A program made the position numbers and the translations under genes. From an uncultured Gammaproteobacteria bacterium (lineage in GTDB: Bacteria; Patescibacteriota; Microgenomatia; Levybacterales; UBA12049), in contig CAZYIC010000002.1 in assembly GCA_964646925.1 (NCBI GenBank), forward strand, positions 1 through 50,867: a stretch of 50,867 nt of DNA, given 5' to 3'. Positions 49,357 to 50,867 of this stretch are shown piece after piece (position 1 is the first letter of the stretch; each line of letters begins with the position of its first letter). Below the pieces are notes generated by a model. The model had not been told where the DNA came from and did not search any database. It worked only from the letters and a program-made list of their open reading frames with translations.

Positions 49357-49847
49357 CCGACCTTTTCAAGCTTATCCGCTTTCTTTTTTACATTAAGACT
49401 TAAAGAATTTTTATATTCTATTAATTTCCTTTCTAGTTTTTTGTCGGATACCGCAAGAATTTGAACAGCTAAAAGACCTGCGTTTTTGGCGTTGTCAATT
49501 CCGACTGTTGCCACCGGAATTCCCGGGGGCATTTGTACTGTGGAATACAAAGAGTCAACGCCGTTTAATGCCCCGCCTTTTAGAGGAACACCGATAACAG
49601 GAAGGGAAAAATGGGAAGCAATTACTCCTGCCAAATGAGCTGCAAGACCTGCTCCCGCAATAATTATTTTGACTCCTAATTTCTGAAATTTTTGAATATT
49701 ATTAAAAGTTAACTGGGGGGAACGGTGCGCTGAGGAAACGGTAATTTTATAGGGGACATTAAATTCTTCCAAAACTTCACAAGCTTTGGACATTACGGGC
49801 AGATCGGAATCGGATCCAAGAAAAATACCTACCAATATTTTCTTCAT
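49338..49847 (-). CDS. purE: PurE (AIR carboxylase / N5-CAIR mutase family)
   Basis: 169 aa with GSDSDLPVM, SAHRSP and AGLAAHLAGVIAS..LPVIGVP. Confidence 0.85.
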   Translation of the reverse strand: MKKILVGIFLGSDSDLPVMSKACEVLEEFNVPYKITVSSAHRSPQLTFNNIQKFQKLGVKIIIAGAGLAAHLAGVIASHFSLPVIGVPLKGGALNGVDSLYSTVQMPPGIPVATVGIDNAKNAGLLAVQILAVSDKKLERKLIEYKNSLSLNVKKKADKLEKVGWKKYL

Positions 49848-50867
49848 TTCTTTTTAAGTTTTTTTAAAAACTTTTCAGTCCGTTCTCTGGCAATGCCAAT
49901 ATGATCTTTTGGATTAAATAATTTACGGATATTTTCTTTTGAGATATATTTTAGCACCATTTTGTCAGAAGACAAGAGGTCAATTAAGGGATTTTTTTTG
50001 CCTTTGGTAATCTGGGTCCATGCTTGCATGGAATATTCTCTAATTAATTCATGTATTTCCTGACGGTTTGCGCCCTTTCTTACAAGTTCCATCATTAGGC
50101 TTTCCGTGCAGGAAAAAATTCCGTATTTCTGCAAATTTTCTCCGATTACATCTTCAAAAACAACAAGGTCTTTGATTAAATTATTTGTTGTATCCAGACA
50201 TTCATCTATTGCTAAAAATCCATCAGGTAAAAAAAGTCTTCTGTTGGCAGAATCATCCAAAGTTCTTTCCAAAAGAGAAAACGCCGGATTGCCCCAGCTG
50301 ACATTTGAGAGAGATGAAACATAACGGCATAAAGAGCAAACTTTTTCCGCTTTGTCAGGATTTTTTTTAAAAGGCATTGCGGAGGAACCGACTCTTTTGG
50401 CGCTTCTTGGCTCCGACCATTCGCCGAAATTAGGAGACTGCATTACTCTTAAATCAAAATTAAATTTATGCAAAGATTGAGCAATATTGGCAAGAGCAAT
50501 CATTACAAGCCAGTCGATTTTTCGAGGATATGTCTGTCCGGAAATATCAACGGGATCAAGGTCTAAATTTTTCATTATCTCTTTTTCCAGCTCAAAGGGA
50601 GAAACATAACTGGCAGATGTTCCGACCGCTCCCTTAATTCCTTTGCCTTTTATAAAAAATTGTATTTTTTCAATAAATTCCAGATCCCAAAGCAGGTCTT
50701 GCGCGTACAAAGAAAGTCTGTATCCTAAGGTCGTTGGTTCAGCAGGCTGAAGATGGGTATAGCCCATGCAAATGACATCTCTATTCTTTTTTATTTGTTG
50801 TGCAAAATTGCTCAGAAGATTTTTTAATTTATTTTTAATTAAATCCAGAGCTTCTTTAATCTGGATA
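49844..50867 (-). CDS. purB: adenylosuccinate lyase (5' end lies beyond the window)
   Basis: GYTHLQPAEPTTLG and the signature SSAMPFKKNP. The reading frame stays open to the window edge. Confidence 0.85.
   Translation of the reverse strand, partial: IQIKEALDLIKNKLKNLLSNFAQQIKKNRDVICMGYTHLQPAEPTTLGYRLSLYAQDLLWDLEFIEKIQFFIKGKGIKGAVGTSASYVSPFELEKEIMKNLDLDPVDISGQTYPRKIDWLVMIALANIAQSLHKFNFDLRVMQSPNFGEWSEPRSAKRVGSSAMPFKKNPDKAEKVCSLCRYVSSLSNVSWGNPAFSLLERTLDDSANRRLFLPDGFLAIDECLDTTNNLIKDLVVFEDVIGENLQKYGIFSCTESLMMELVRKGANRQEIHELIREYSMQAWTQITKGKKNPLIDLLSSDKMVLKYISKENIRKLFNPKDHIGIARERTEKFLKKLKKK

Overview
This is a low-GC, gene-dense bacterial window. From gene content alone (no database search was possible) it looks like a Candidate Phyla Radiation / Patescibacteria-type genome. 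The clues are streamlined housekeeping proteins, a DUF4012 protein, 23S-IVS-type four-helix-bundle proteins, homing-endonuclease-like genes next to tRNAs, and a diversity-generating retroelement (DGR).

**Core genes.** The window opens with the origin-proximal block rpmH-rnpA-yidD-yidC-jag. It continues with rnhA, valS, rplY, ruvC / ruvAB, a P-type ATPase, comM/yifB, a xer recombinase, ftsB, murD, ubiE, tgt, trpE, trpS, ftsH, guaB, guaA, and purC-purE-purB (purB is cut by the window end).

**Accessory content, strongest calls first.**
1. A complete DGR at 14933-17547. It has a target gene with a C-terminal VR, a 118-bp TR whose 17 mismatches to the VR all fall on TR adenines, an Avd-like gene on the opposite strand, and a DGR-type reverse transcriptase. 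A (CTGTT)5 repeat sits at the avd/RT start region. The DGR is the distal part of a 6.3-kb island that splits ruvC from ruvAB.
2. The proximal part of that island is a chain of cassettes: RHH-PIN, MerR plus an unknown gene, and a cupin PGI. Each cassette ends in a degenerate copy of the 3' end of one cupin gene.
3. A complete tRNA-Ile(UAU)-like gene is nested between the two halves of another tRNA.
4. ftsH carries a 444-aa LAGLIDADG intein at its sensor-1 motif.
5. GC-rich palindromic elements are inserted in frame in murD, tgt, trpS, ftsH, guaA and a PP-loop gene.
6. A second four-helix-bundle gene is bracketed by about 45-nt inverted repeats.
7. There are three toxin-antitoxin pairs, and the BrnTA pair is flanked by 23-bp direct repeats.
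8. An LPXTG surface-protein / VirD4-like ATPase cluster is present.

No rRNA genes and no CRISPR array were seen. All family assignments come from motif recognition by eye.
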